Assembly (NCBI RefSeq): GCF_030144855.1
Contig: NC_082710.1
Span: 152,830,001 to 152,894,000, forward strand
Direction: 5' to 3'
Length of the DNA: 64,000 nt
Source: Hypanus sabinus
Taxonomy: Eukaryota
The notes below the pieces were generated by a model. The model did not search any database. It had not been told where the DNA came from and was given only the letters and a program-made list of their open reading frames with translations. Positions 13,400-26,196 of this stretch are shown here, in pieces. The translations under genes were made by a program, and so were the position numbers. Position 1 is the first letter of the stretch, and every line of letters begins with the position of its first letter.

Positions 13400-14030
13400 A
13401 TTCTTGCTCAATTGTGACCCCTGCTATTTGTGATTTTTATAAATGATCTGGATGCAGAGGCGGAAGGATGGGTGAGTAAGTTTGCAGATGACACGAAGAT
13501 TGGAGGATTTGTGGATGGAGATGTAGGTAGTCGAAGGTTACAAGAGGATATAGACAGGCTGCAGAGTTGGGCAGAAAAATGGCAGATGGAGTTCAATCTG
13601 GACAAGTATGAGGTGATGCATTCTGGAAGGACTAACCAGAAGACTGAGTACAGGATTAATGGTCGGTTAATTAAGAGTGTGGAGGAACAAAGGGACCTTG
13701 GGGTTCAAATCCATACATCCCTCAGCTGCACAGGTTGATAGGGTAGTTAAGCAGGCCAATGAGTTGCTAGGCTTCATTAACGGGGATTGAGTTTGAGAGT
13801 AGAGAGGTCATGTTGCAACTCTACAAATCTCTGGTGAGACCACACTTAGAGTAGTGTGTTCAATTCTGGTCACCTCATTATAGGAAGCATGTGGAAGCTA
13901 TGGAGAGGGTGCAGAGGAGATTTATCAGGATGTTGCCTGGATTGGAGAACAAGTCAAATGAAGCAAGGTTAGCAGAGCTGGAACTTTTCTCTTTGGAGCG
14001 TAGAAGAATGAGAGGGGACGATAGTAGGCA
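13400..14030 (+). mobile_element. CR1 LINE RT fragment
   Basis: IFINDLD...VSKFADDTKIGG...LQEDIDRLQSWAEKWQMEFN. Confidence 0.9.
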
Positions 14031-14169
14031 ATGATCGCTACCCAGTTTTATGTTCAGTGGGTGAAAGAGTTGAAGTAAGACCAGGTTGGGGAGTCCCAAA
14101 GTGGGTGTTTGGAAAAGCAGATTTGGGTATGTTCCAGAAGTTAAGTGAAGAAGCATTGACAAAGATTGA

Positions 14170-14650
14170 TGTTACCGGCCCTACAGCCCTCCATGTTGTG
14201 CCAACCCATATAATCCTTAAAAAAAAGTACTAAACCCACACTGTCCCATAACACTCTATTTTTCTTTCATCCATGTGCCTGTCCAAGAGTCTCTTAAATA
14301 CCCCTAATATTTTAGCCTCCACCACCATCCCTGTTAATTAATTCCAGGCACTTACAACCCTGTGTAAAAAAACTTACCCCTGATGTCCCCCCCCCCCCTA
14401 AACTTACCTCCCTTAATTTTGTACCTATGCCCTCTGGTGTTTGCTATTGGTACCCTGGGAAACAGGTACTGACTATCCACCCTATCTATGCCTCTCATAA
14501 TCTTGTAGACCTCTATCGTCCCCTCTCATTCTTCTACGCTCCAAAGAGAAAAGTTCCAGCTCTGCTAACCTTGCTTCATTTGACTTGTTCTCCAATCCAG
14601 GCAACATCCTGATAAATCTCCTCTGCACCCTCTCCATAGCTTCCACATAT
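14170..14650 (-). mobile_element. CR1 LINE 3' fragment
   Basis: Reverse complement matches the CR1 3' end and 3' UTR, homologous to 13900-14020. Confidence 0.7.
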
Positions 14651-17600
14651 AAGCTGGAAATATAGATGAATTAAACAGTCAGGTGACTTCGGCAATTATA
14701 TGGCAGCAGAAGGATCTATACCCAGGAGTAAAAATATGATGTATAGAAAACTAGTACCATGGTGGACAGAGGAATGTTGTCAGGCTGTAAAAAACAGAAA
14801 TAGAGCATTCAGGCTAGTTAAAAGAACCCATAATATGGTGCATTTGATTCAGTGTAAGAAGGCACAGGCAGTGGTGAGAAGAACTATAAGTCAAGCTAAA
14901 AGGGCAAGTTGGAGGAGGTTTTGCAACAAAATAGGAAGAATAACGCTTGTGGGAGAGGTATGGGGAATGATTAAAAGGATGGGAGGAGATAGAAGGGATT
15001 GGGAATATCCAGTAATGATATCTGAGGAGGAAACAGCAGGGATCAGGCTGAAATCATGGCCAAGTCATTTGTAAAGATAATTTGTTCAGAAAATTTGTCT
15101 GAAGAAGGAAGAAGGGAGAAGGGAAAGAACAATGAGTCAATACCCAGGTGTGTTAAACAAGAGGGAAGAAACAGATGATATAATTGATGATCCATTCACT
15201 TTGGCAGAAATGGTGAGAGTAATAAAGAGATCGAGACCAACCTCCCCAGGGAAAGATCTAATATGCTATGTTATGCTAAAAAAAATCTGGGAGAAGGAGT
15301 GCTCTTGATGTTACTGCATTTTTATAACAGTGTGGGAGGAGGGAAGATTACTAAGTGTATGGAAAGAAGCAGTAGTAATTCCAATAAGGAAACCTGGCAA
15401 GGATACGTCAAAACCCACTAGCTACAGGCCAATAGCACTAACATCAAATATATGTAAGATAATGGAAAGGATGATAACAGAAAGGTTATCATATGATCTT
15501 GAGAAGAGAGGAATGCTGGCAAGTTATCAGTGTGGTTTTAGGAAGGGAAGGAATTCCATGGACTCAGTGATAAGGTTAGAAATAAGAAAGACTGAAAATA
15601 GAAAGGCCCAGGCAAATAAAGATTCAGTAGTTGCAGTGTTTTTTGACTTTGAAAAAGCCTATGATATGATGTGGGAGGAAGGATTATTAATTAAACTGCA
15701 CACGATGGGGTTGGGGGGAGAGCTTTTAATTGGATTAAAGATTTTTTGTTTGGTAGAAAAATTCAAGTTCAGATTAGATCAGAATTATCAAATCAGTACA
15801 TAGTGGGAAATGGCACACCTCAGGGTAGTGTGATTAGCCCGTTACTTTTCATCATTATGCTCAATGATGTCTTCACAAAGGTACCAGTGGATATAGGTAG
15901 GTCACTGTTTGCGGATGATGGGGCCTTGTGGAAAAGAGGCAGGAACATGGAACATGTAATCAGGAAACTACAAGGAGCAATTGATGAAGTGGTAGAGTGG
16001 GGTTATGATTGGGGATGTAGATTTTCAGTAGAAAAAACTCAAACTGTATTTTTCACCAGGAAAAGAATTGAGGTAGGGAAGAAGTTAAGGATGCATGGGA
16101 TTGAATTAGAAAGGGTTAGATCATTTAATTTTCTGGGAGTTATATTTGATTCATGATTAACATGGGCAGACCATATCAGGAAAGTTGAGGAGCAATGTAA
16201 AAAAGTAATAAACGTGATGAGATGTTTGACTGGTAGGGAATGGGGAGCATGTTGTTCAGCATTGAAGAAATATATGTGGCTTTAGTAAGATCTGTGTTGG
16301 ATTATGGAAGTGCAGAATATGGATCAGCAGCTAGGTCTCTTATAAGGAAACTGGATGTGATTCAGGCTCAGTTTTTGAGAGTGTGCAGTGGGGCTTTTAA
16401 AACATCACCAGTATCAGCCCTGCAGGTAGAAATGGGAATAATGCCTTTGGAATTAAGAAGGATGCAGTTGATGGGAAACTACTGTGCTAATTTGCAGGGA
16501 CACAATGATTCTCACCCTGCTAAAGGAGTATTGCAGGAGTCCTGGGAAAATGGGTGGTTTCAGGTAGTCGGGTAGGGAATGATATTGCTAGAGAATGTGG
16601 AGTGTTTGATCTAAGTATAAGTCCTTCAGTAGTTTATCCAGTTGTAGCTCCATGGAAACTTGTATGGCCTGATGTAGACTGGCATTTGTTAGAGGTAAAA
16701 AGGAAAGGAAAATATAAAACTGATTTGGTAAGTGCATTTAACTGTCATGTGATGGAAAAGTATAGTGATTATACTCAGGTTTATACAGATGGTGCTAAGG
16801 AACCTGAAACAGGACTGACAAGGTTTGGGGTGGCTATACCAGCAAAAGCAATTGCAATCAGCAGAAGAACATCTGATAAGTTAGTGGTGTATACGGTAGA
16901 GATGATGGCAGTGTTGGTTGCGTTGCATTGGGTGGAGAAAGCTAGACTAGTCAAAGCATTGATATGCTCAGATTCATCCTCAGTTCTAGCAAGTTTAAGG
17001 TCTTCTCACTCAAACAGCCGGCAAGATGTACTTCATGAAGTCCTTCAGTCAGTCACAAGAGTTGCAAATCAGGGAGGTCCAGTTAAATTTCTATGGGTTC
17101 CAGCTCATGTAGGGGTGAAGGGGAATGAGAGGGTGGATGAGTTGGCAAAGAGGGCATTAAAGAAAGAAAATATAGAAATGCACATTAGTATCAGTAAAGC
17201 AGAGGTTAAGTGTGTAATCTGGGAAAAAATCAACAAAATGTGGCAAGAAAGATGGGACAGGGAGGGGAAAGGGAGGCATCTATATCAAAGACAAAAAAGT
17301 GTTGCAGGTACTAGGGTAAGTAGTAGATGCAGAAGAGAGGAAATTGTGTGGACTAGATTAAGTCTGGGGCACTGTGCACTAAACCAAACATTGAAATTAA
17401 TAGGGAAACACCAGACAGGACTGTGTGAGGAATGTCAGGAAGAGGAGTCAGTAGAACATGTTGTTCTGAGTTGCAGGAAGTATGGGATACAGAGAGAGAT
17501 TATGAGAATTAATCTAAGGGAATTGGGGGTGCAAGAATTCACATTAAAAGGGTTGCTGGCCATGGGTGAGAGAGCACAGGTTAGGGTATTTTTAGCTTTC

Positions 17601-18107
17601 TTAAGGGGTACAGGGGTTTTTGTTTTTTATAGGACTGTTTGAACTGCTTCCGTCTGGTAGGCACTTCAGATCCCTCCAGACTAAGACTAATAGGCACTGG
17701 AGAAGTTTTTTCCCTACTGCAGTCACTTTGCTGAACAGTTGACTGCCCGTTAACTGTCGGCTAACTATTACTTAGATTGCACTACCTGTATGTATAATCT
17801 ATATTTTCATTTATATTTATCATTATTATTGTTATGAGCAGAGAGACAACATCTCCCAGAAGTAAATTACTTGTATGTGCACAGGTACTTGGCAATTAAA
17901 GTCTGATTCTGATTCTGATGGATAAATAGTGATAGGGTACTAGGATGTCCAAAGATGGGAGAATAAAGTATAGGTTAGGGTATGTGTGTGTGTGTGACTG
18001 GGTGAAGGGATTTAGAATGTGAGTCTATCGCACACTCCGAGGCAGAAGGTGGTGGTAATGCACCATTAAGCTGGGTGCCAACCATCATAAAACAAGACAG
18101 AGAGAGA
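14651..18107 (+). mobile_element. Nimb/I-clade LINE, 5'-truncated, with RT and RNase H, frameshifted
   Basis: RT motifs SYRPIALTS, FFDFEKAYD, GTPQGSVISP and LFADD. RNase H VYTDGAK...WVPAHVGVKGNERVDELAK (ORF 16554..17642). 3' UTR ggtggtggtaatgcacc-ttaagctgg-tgccaacc and an (AG)n tail. Confidence 0.9.
17636..17917 (+). mobile_element. Rex-type LINE 3' tail inserted in the Nimb 3' UTR
   Basis: Absent from the second Nimb copy (47020 region). Begins with ELLPSGR-like coding remnant and ends aattaaagtctgattctgattctg. Confidence 0.6.
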
Positions 18108-18689
18108 ATCCCCCATTCCCCCCACAGGGGAGAATAAGCATCAGCATCCACCATCAAGCACTCAAGCATTATCATAACAACAGTAAAGACAAAGACTTGC
18201 AGTTTCCAAAGACTACATTGTTCAGCTGGCATTTGACATACCACAGGCTCTCTCTCTCCCTAATAAAGGAGAAAGAGGCATCTCTGTTTCACAGCGAGAG
18301 GGGAGATGTATCGAAGAACTCTGTTGTGTCTCTTTTTTATGAGCTCTGTACCCAAAGATCTTGGGTCTCTGGGCACACAGCCATAGATCTATTGACTGCC
18401 CTGATGACACACGGATCTCCTGCCATAACACCGACCTTTGATCTGCCAATCTCCAAAACCCCGAGATCCTAGGCCTCCAAAGACAAGCTGAAATCTCAGG
18501 CCGAGCCCTTGGTGTGCTGAACAACGGCCAGCTGTGAAACGCCGAGAGTGGGTCCTATTCCCACAAAGAAACGTCGTCAGTATGTAACTTCATGTCAGGG
18601 TCTTCAAAAGAACCCTGAAAGGGAAAAATAGAGATATTAAAGATGGAAATTCCAAAGATGCAAGCAAAGGAGTCGCCATATTTTAAGCA

Positions 18690-19760
18690 ACACTCAAAAT
18701 GCTGGTGGAACGCAGCAGGCCAGCATCTATAGGGAGAAGCACTGTCGACGTTTCGGGCCGAGACCCTTCATCAGGACTAAGTGCAAAGAAAGACAGTAAG
18801 TGATTTGAAAGTGGGGGGGAGGGGAAAATGCAAAATGATAGGAGAAGAACAGAGGGGGGGGGGTGAAGCTGAGAGCCGGAAAGGTGATTGGCAAAAGGGA
18901 TACAGAGCTGGAGAATGGAAAGTATCATGGGACGGGAAGCCTAGGGAGAAAGAAAGAGGGAGGGAAGCACCAGAGGGAGATGGAGAACAGGCAGAGTGAT
19001 GGGCAGAAAGAGAAAAAGGGGGAATAAACACTAAATAAATCAGGGATGGGGTAAGAAGGGGAGGAGGGGCATTAACGGAAGTTAGAGAAGTCAATGTTCA
19101 TGCCAACAGGTTGGAGGCTACTCAGCCGGTATATAAGGTGTTGTTCCTCCAACCTGAGTGTGGACAGACATATCAAAATGGGAATGGGACGTGGAATTAA
19201 AATGTGTGGCCTCTGGCAGATTCTGCTTTCTCTGGGGGACAATGAGTATGTGTTCAGTGCAATGGTCTCCCAGTCTGCGTCGGGTCTTACCAATATATCA
19301 AAGGCCACACCGGGAGCACCGGACGCAGTATACCACACCAGCCGACTAACAGGTGAAGTGTCGCCTCACCTGGAAGGACTGTCTGGTGCCCTGAACGGTG
19401 GTGAGGGAGGAAGCGTAAGGGCAGGTGTAGCATTTGTTCTGCTCGTTCTCCCTTGTTCCGAGGAAGATCGGTGGGAAGGGATTGGGGGGGGGCGAATGGA
19501 CAAGGGACTCGCGTAGGGAGCGATCCCTGCGGAAAGCAGAAAGGGGAGGTGGGGAGGGAAAGATGTGCTTGGTAGTGGGATCCCGTTGGACGTGGCGGAA
19601 GTTACGGAGAATTATAAGTTGGACCCGGAGGCTCGTGGGGTGGTAGGTGAGGACAAGGGGAACCCTATCCCGAGTGGGGTGGTGGGCGGATGGGTGAGGA
19701 CAGATTTGCGGGGAATGGGAAAGATGCGTTTGAGAACAGAGTTGATGGTGGAGGAAGGGA
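18690..19760 (-). mobile_element. Penelope-like element, GIY-YIG endonuclease end
   Basis: Minus strand VVYCVRCSRCG-YIGKTRRRLGDH and RLEEQHLIYRLSSLQPVGMNIDFSNF*. Terminal motif gacgtttcgggccgagaccctt. Confidence 0.85.
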
Positions 19761-19779
19761 AGCTATATTTTCCAACGTT

Positions 19780-20992
19780 TGAAAGTGTATGCTTAACCCA
19801 AGTTAATTAAACCCAAAGGCATAATGTTAGAAAGATACACCTGCGGAGGGATGAAAATGAAGTTTACCGATTACAAGAAACGAGAACTTAAAAAAAAAAA
19901 TGCTATGCGAGAACAAGGCGCAGCCGACGCAGGCGCGGGCAGAGAGAGAAGCGCAGAAACGATTAGAAGCTGAAGACATTAACTTTTATTATTATTGGTA
20001 TTATTAGTGCATAGCTTTACCCTACTAACTTAAAAACCTGAGGTGAAACCCCTGGAGGAGAGACAATAGTAATAAATGACGTATCGAAACTACGGGTATA
20101 ACATGCAGCAGCTATAACGAGACAGTATCAGCAGAGACGAGTGTCCAAGATTTCTACCGTGTAACTGGAAATTAGTTTTGTAAAATCATACCAAGGGATT
20201 TGGTTAAGTTTTTGTACAAGTTTGTGAATCGACTTGCCATGGACGATAAAGTACTCTTTCCAATGAGCCAAGAAAGAAGATGGCGAGCTACCCAAGATTC
20301 CAAGAGCCAGCGCGGGAACGAAATGTGTAATGACGCAGAGGATATATTATGGTTGGATGTGTAAGTTCATTTTCATTCAAAGAATCTGAATTTGATTTCC
20401 TGAAAGAACTGATTACTTTGCAAAGACTTTGATAAGTTACTGAATGAGATTTACTTTGTTTAAAAGTTGTGATGTTGGAGAATTATGAAAGGTGTTAAAC
20501 TGTGTATGTATAATTTTTGAATTTGAATTTAAATTTGTAGAAACACTCTGTGGAACTGAAACTGAAGTTAACTATAATACTTAAGAATAAGAATTATATT
20601 TGGTTTTCTAACTAACTAGGGATAAGTAAAAAGGAACGTTTAATCTGTAAACTTTTAACTAGGGTGCCAAACTGGATCTAATTAGTAAGAGAAATTAGAG
20701 TAATGAAGGAATCTCACTGATTCTAATTTAAAATGAATTTGTTTTGGTGTGATATCTAAGATTTGGTACCTAAACAGAATGTTGGAATTTTGAATTGTTC
20801 TTGCTCATGTAAATATTTTGTACATATAGTTTTTTTTCTTATAAACAAAACTTATCTCCAGAAGTATGTGGTTACTATTCACAGCCTCCTTCCACTACCT
20901 AGAAGCTTCTGATTGCCTACTAGCACCCAGTGTAATGCTATATAATTTGGTTTTCTCACACATAGTAAGGCAGGTGCTACAGAGGTGTTACA
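19780..20992. repeat. Possible long solo LTR, unclassified
   Basis: About 1.2-kb block ending TGTTACA, with AATAAA and a short CpG-rich patch. The 5' end and TSD were not resolved. Confidence 0.3.
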
Positions 20993-21696
20993 TATGTGGT
21001 AAATAAGGCTTCATTTTAAAAATATTTTATTTGCTTTATTCACTCATGGACTTGGATTCGCAAGGTGAACCACTGTTTAATTCCCTAGAGGTCCTTGAGA
21101 AGGTGGCTGCGAGCTGCCTTTTTGAACTGGTGCAGTACTCAAGGTATGCATATATGCACAATGGTGTTCAGGTCCAAGTAGTACTAAGTCTGTGCTCTCT
21201 CAAGTTTTGGACAAGTCCTCAGTTAGTGACAGTGTCAACAGTTGTTACTGTACATCCACATAGCACAGAAGCAGGCACTTAGACCCAACAGGTCCACGTC
21301 AGCCAAGATTGCTATCTACGTTGGGCTCTAAACATTTCCTATCTGCGTCCCTGTCCAAGTACGTTCAGTGGTGATACCTAAGATGCTCAACAGTTTGGAG
21401 GATTTGGACCCTTCATTTTCTGTCCCCACTGCAATTTGGTTCTTCTATCCAGAGCTGCTTGGGATTTATACATGGCCGATGCAATGAGGCCTGTTTCAGT
21501 GGTGGTGGTTCCATGTTGATGGGGAGCCAATCACTGGGGGGGGGGGGGGGTCTAATCCAGACCTGTATGTGTGTGCCTGTGTATTAGTTTGGGCAAGTGG
21601 ACAGTTTTCCATCAGACCTTTGAGTTGTGCCTTATAAATGGAGGGCATCCTTAGTTATTTTCTCACACTCCTCTCTCACTCTCTTCTTTTTTTCAG

Positions 21697-21945
21697 TCTC
21701 CCACAGCTTGACATATTTCTACCTCCATTCGCTAAACATTCCTGGGCTGCCATACATCTCCATGGTTGGGATGTTGGACGACTTGCAGATATACTACTAT
21801 GACAGCACCCTCCAGGCGGTAGAAGCCAAGCAACAGTGGATCATGGATGGCTTTTCAGCTCAAGACTGGAAAAACCAGAAAGGGATCCTGGACATGATTA
21901 AAAAGCTCCTTTCTCATAATCTGACTCCATTCACCTCAATGTTTA
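21697..21945 (+). CDS. Gene A exon 2, MHC class I-like alpha1 domain
   Basis: Polypyrimidine tract and ttcag acceptor. Reads SHSLTYFY...PGLPYISMVGMLDDLQIYYYDS...QQWI...DW. Donor A|GTACGT in phase 1. 249 nt, the same length as the gene B exon. Confidence 0.93.
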
Positions 21946-22359
21946 GTACGTGCCTTTGATCTCCAATGTTCTTTGAGGCTCACAGTGACTTGCACACTGA
22001 CAACATGTTGAACTTTCAATGGATCCAATTAAGCTGTATCAGTTTTAAAATTCTTATCCTTGGTTTCAAATCTTTCACAGGTTATATGCCCCCCCCCAAC
22101 ATTCTGTAACAAATATTTACCTGCAATTAAAAGCATTCCTTCTGTATCTCACATGTTCATGAGAAAATTTGCACTTCAATACACTATGAGGATCTATTTC
22201 TGAGAACCCACCACTCACTCCACACCGATCTCCTCCGAAAAACAGTGAGAATCAGACCCACTGCCTCTCTGGCTTTGCACGGGTCTAACAAACATAAGTT
22301 AATATAAAGTACAATTCAAAATTACATGTCATTTACATGAGTACAATAACATAATGATA

Positions 22360-22900
22360 CTTGTGCAAATTAAGAGAAAAATCTTTAGAAGTAATGTTGG
22401 GGTTTTTCAGGTTGGTTCAAGAACCTGATGGCAGTGGAGGGAAAGGTGCTAAACCTTGAGGTGTGGGTTTTCTGGCTGCTGTAACTTCTGCTTGATGGCA
22501 GCATGGAGAAGAGGACGCAGCCCTGATGGTGGTTGTCCCTGTTGATGAATGTCACCTTCACTGGTAAATGTCCTCAATGGGAGAGAGTTTCGATATGAGG
22601 ACATGATTTCTAGAAATTTGTCAGATGACATGCTGAATCTCCTTAGACTTCTAAGCAAAGATGTTGGTGTGCTACCTTCTACTCACACTGATGAGCAGTA
22701 CACAGTCCTTCAACATGACCCCTGCATTATATCATGCAATGATGTACACTCCGCACGGACCACCCCCTCCACAATCAATATTCCACTATGCCACTCTCTC
22801 ATGCTCTTGTTTATTACTGATCCTGTCGTGTGCATCACACACTGCACACAGAATGCTGTGATCCCATGCTCTTTGCCATGCCTATACGTGGCTTTGTGTT
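22360..22900. mobile_element. Rex1/Babar-type LINE fragments
   Basis: LRSLRRFSMS... motif on the minus strand and RT-like fragments (LQHDPCIISCN...PSTINIP). Confidence 0.5.
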
Positions 22901-23199
22901 CTTCATGGTAAATTGGTAAATGTTTTTGTTATTGTCATATCTGCTAAGCTGAAGTGAAAAACTTCGTTTTGCACACCATCTGTACATGTCATTTCATTAT
23001 CGCAGTACGCTGAGGTGCAAGAGGAAGTAATAACAATGCAGAATAAATTGTTACAGTCATAGAGAAAATGCAATGAAAGCAGACCATAAGGTGCAAAGCC
23101 ATAATACGGGTGTTTGTGAGGTCAAGATTTCACTTGACCCCAGTGATACATGTTTTCAGGCTTTTGTATCTTCTGCCCTATGAGATGGGGAAGAAGAGA

Positions 23200-25330
23200 G
23201 AATGTCATAGAACACAGAAGAGCACACCAGCGTTGTGCTGAACTGGCTAAAAAGCTGATCAAAAACACCCAAACACTAATCCATCCTACCTATGCTATGT
23301 CCATATAACTCCATCCACCTTATATCAATGTGCCTATCCAAATGTATGTTAAAGTTGTTTAATGTATTTGCCTCTACCTCTATACTAGGCATCCATGACT
23401 CTGAGTAAAAAAAAAAATTACCCATCACATCCCTCTTGAACCTAACCCCTCTCACCTTCTACGCATGTCCTCTGGTATTAGACATTTCAACCCTGGAAAG
23501 CAGATGCTCTCTAATCACACCCCCTTTAACCTCTATCAGATTGAGCCTTGGCCTCCAATGCTTCAGGGAATCCCATGTTTTTCCAGCCTCTTGTGATAGC
23601 ACATGTCCTCTAAACCAGGCAGCATCCTGGTGAACCTATTCATCATCCTCTCCAATGCCTCAACATCCTTCCTCTAGTGGGTTGGCTGGATCTGTAGACA
23701 ATACTCCAGATGTGAATAAACTTGAGTTTTATTGAATTGTAACGTAACCTCCTGACTTTTGAACTCAGTGCCTCAACTAGTAAAAGCAAGCATCCCATTT
23801 TAACCACTTTATCGACGTGTAGCCACGTTGAACTTGGTCCCAAGATCTCTGCTCAGCAACACTGTTAAGGACATTGCCCTTAACAGTATTGTCTCCTTGC
23901 ATTTGCCCTGCAAGGTGTAACACCTCACATTTATCTGGGTTAAACTCCAACTACCACATTTTCAGCTCATATCTGCAACTGATCTATATTGTGCTGTAAC
24001 CTTTGCCAGTTGTCTACACTATCCGCAATTCCACCAATCTTGATATCAACCACAAATTTACTAATGCAACATTTTCATTCTGGACATTTATATAAGTCAC
24101 AAGGAGCAGAGGTCCTAGCACAAATTCCTGTGCAACTCTACTAATCACAGACCTCAAGCTCGAATGAGTGTCTTAAACCACCACACTCTGTCTTCTACGT
24201 GCAAGCCAGTTCTGAATACAGACAATTTGCCATGGATTCCATAGATCTTAATTTTCCAAATTAGCCTTGCATGAAGGACTTTGATAAATGCCTTACTAAA
24301 ATCTATGTAGACAACATCCACTGCCCTATGTTCATCAATCTCTCTGTCACCTTATCAAAGAAAACTCAATTAGGTTAGTAAGGCAGAACTGGCCACACAT
24401 AAATCCATGCTGGCTCTCCTTAATTAGGCTATGGGTTTCCAAATGCTCATATATCCTATCCCTAAGAATTTTCTTAAGCAATTTCCCTACAACTGATGTG
24501 AGACTCACTGGTCTCTTGTTCCCAGGGTTTTCCCTTGTTCCCGTCTTAAATAGCAGTACAACATTAACCACTCACCAGTCCTCCAGAACCTTGCCTGTGG
24601 CTAGATAGGACACAAAAATACTGGACAGAGTCCAGAAATCTCACCTCTTACCTCCTACAAGAATCAGGTAAATCCCATCAAACCCTGGGACCATATCCAG
24701 CTTAATACTCCTAATGATGTCCAGTCGCAGATAGTGTGGGAACTCCTATTTAGGAGGCCCAACACTGGCTTTTCTTTGACCTCTAAATGCCTAACATATT
24801 TTATACTCAGTACTGATGTCCTGGTCCTCCATATCCTTTTCTTCAGTAAATACTGAGGCAATGAACTCATTAAATACATTCACATTCTTAGCATCCAAGT
24901 ACAGTAAGTAATTCCCACTTCATCCTTGAGTAGTCCCACCCTCTCCCTAATTATGCTTTTACCCAACGTGTGTGTAGAATGCCTTGGGATTCACCTTAAT
25001 CCCACTTGTCAAGGATTTTTCATGGCCTGTCCTGGCTTTCCCAATTCCCTTCTTTCATTCTTTTCTGGCTTGTTTATACTTCTCATGTGCTTTGTTTGAT
25101 TCTAACTTCCAAAGCTTTACATAACTTTTCTTTTTCTTCTTGATTAAGTTCATTACCTCCCTGGACATCCAAAGTTCACTTATCTTTCCATCCGCATATT
25201 TCCTTCTAAACAGGAACATACTTTTCCTGTACTCTAGCAATTGATATTTAAACACGCTCCACTAGTCTGATGTAGATTTGACAGAGAAAAAGTGTTCTAA
25301 ATTAATGCTTCTTAGTTCCTGCCTAATGCC
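23200..25330 (-). mobile_element. CR1 LINE (RT to 3' end), degenerate
   Basis: NVVLLFKTG-RENPGNKRPVSLTSVVGKLL...HGFMCGQFCLTNLIEF (ORF 24347..24571) and QVLNWGKANY. Confidence 0.85.
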
Positions 25331-25495
25331 CTTATAATTTGCCTTACCCCAATTTAAAACTTGTGGGTGGATGGACTCTTTGGTTATGTTGTCTGATTTA
25401 CTGAAGCAGCAAGAAATGTAGATAGAATCTATGGAGGGGGCTGTATGTGCTGAGCTATATCCATAACTTTCTGCAGTTTTTTGCAATCATGAGCT

Positions 25496-25680
25496 GGCTG
25501 GTGGCGAAGTGGCATCAGCACCGAACTTAAGAGTGAAGGCTCCCGAGTTCGAATCCAACCGGGTCCCTAGTACGCTTTCCATCTGTGCTGGGTTGAGCAC
25601 CGAGCTAACAACTTGGCCTCATAAAAATAAGAAAGCCAGCTAAAGAAAATGCCAGTCCCGATGACTCCACTCGAAGTTAA
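25496..25680 (+). mobile_element. tRNA-derived SINE with Pol III A and B boxes
   Basis: A box TGGCGAAGTGG (25502-25512) and B box GAGTTCGAATCC (25545-25556). No full tRNA cloverleaf or CCA end. Confidence 0.7.
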
Positions 25681-25926
25681 GGGCTTTCTTCTCCTCCTCC
25701 TTCTTGTGTTCATGAGCATACCAAGCTGTGATGCTTATATTGTACATCGATAAACATGACTGAGGGTCAAGGGGTACATGCCATATACTTCACCCTTCCG
25801 AGAAAGCATTGTACAAGACAGTGCACATGGTACTTACATGTTTAGCAGGACGTTATGCAGATGGGAATAGTTGAAGTATTCGAATATTCAGCCGCTAACT
25901 CAGATTAACCTGTTGGTCCTTTCCAG

Positions 25927-26196
25927 GCATCGATTTCATCCAGGCGCTTCTGGGCTGCACGCAATCTGCAAATACATTCAAAACCTTCCTCAAGATTGGC
26001 TGCCAAGATTTGGGAGAGCTCAGTTGTGACTTCACTACTGGAAAGTGTATTGCCACTGGTGTCCTGGCATTGTTAAATAGTTATCTTCAGCAAGTTAATA
26101 TTGCTGATATTCCTGAAATTTATATGATGAACAGTACCTGTATTCAGTGTTTGCAGAAAGGTCTTCAGCTTGGCAGAGAGGAGCTTGAAAGGCAAG
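25927..26196 (+). CDS. Gene A exon 3, MHC class I-like alpha2 domain
   Basis: Acceptor ttccag. Reads IDFIQALLGC...STCIQCLQKGLQLGREELERQ, with the canonical C101/C164-equivalent pair. Donor AAG|GCAAGT (GC-AG) keeps phase 1. 270 nt. Confidence 0.88.

Noticed and set aside
10200-18107. Twin-priming (5' inversion) of a single Nimb element
   Set aside because: The minus-strand segment has its own RT (10200-11340) and is far more decayed than the plus-strand copy, so these are two independent insertions.
25496-25680. tRNA gene
   Set aside because: It has A and B boxes but no complete cloverleaf and continues into a SINE body.
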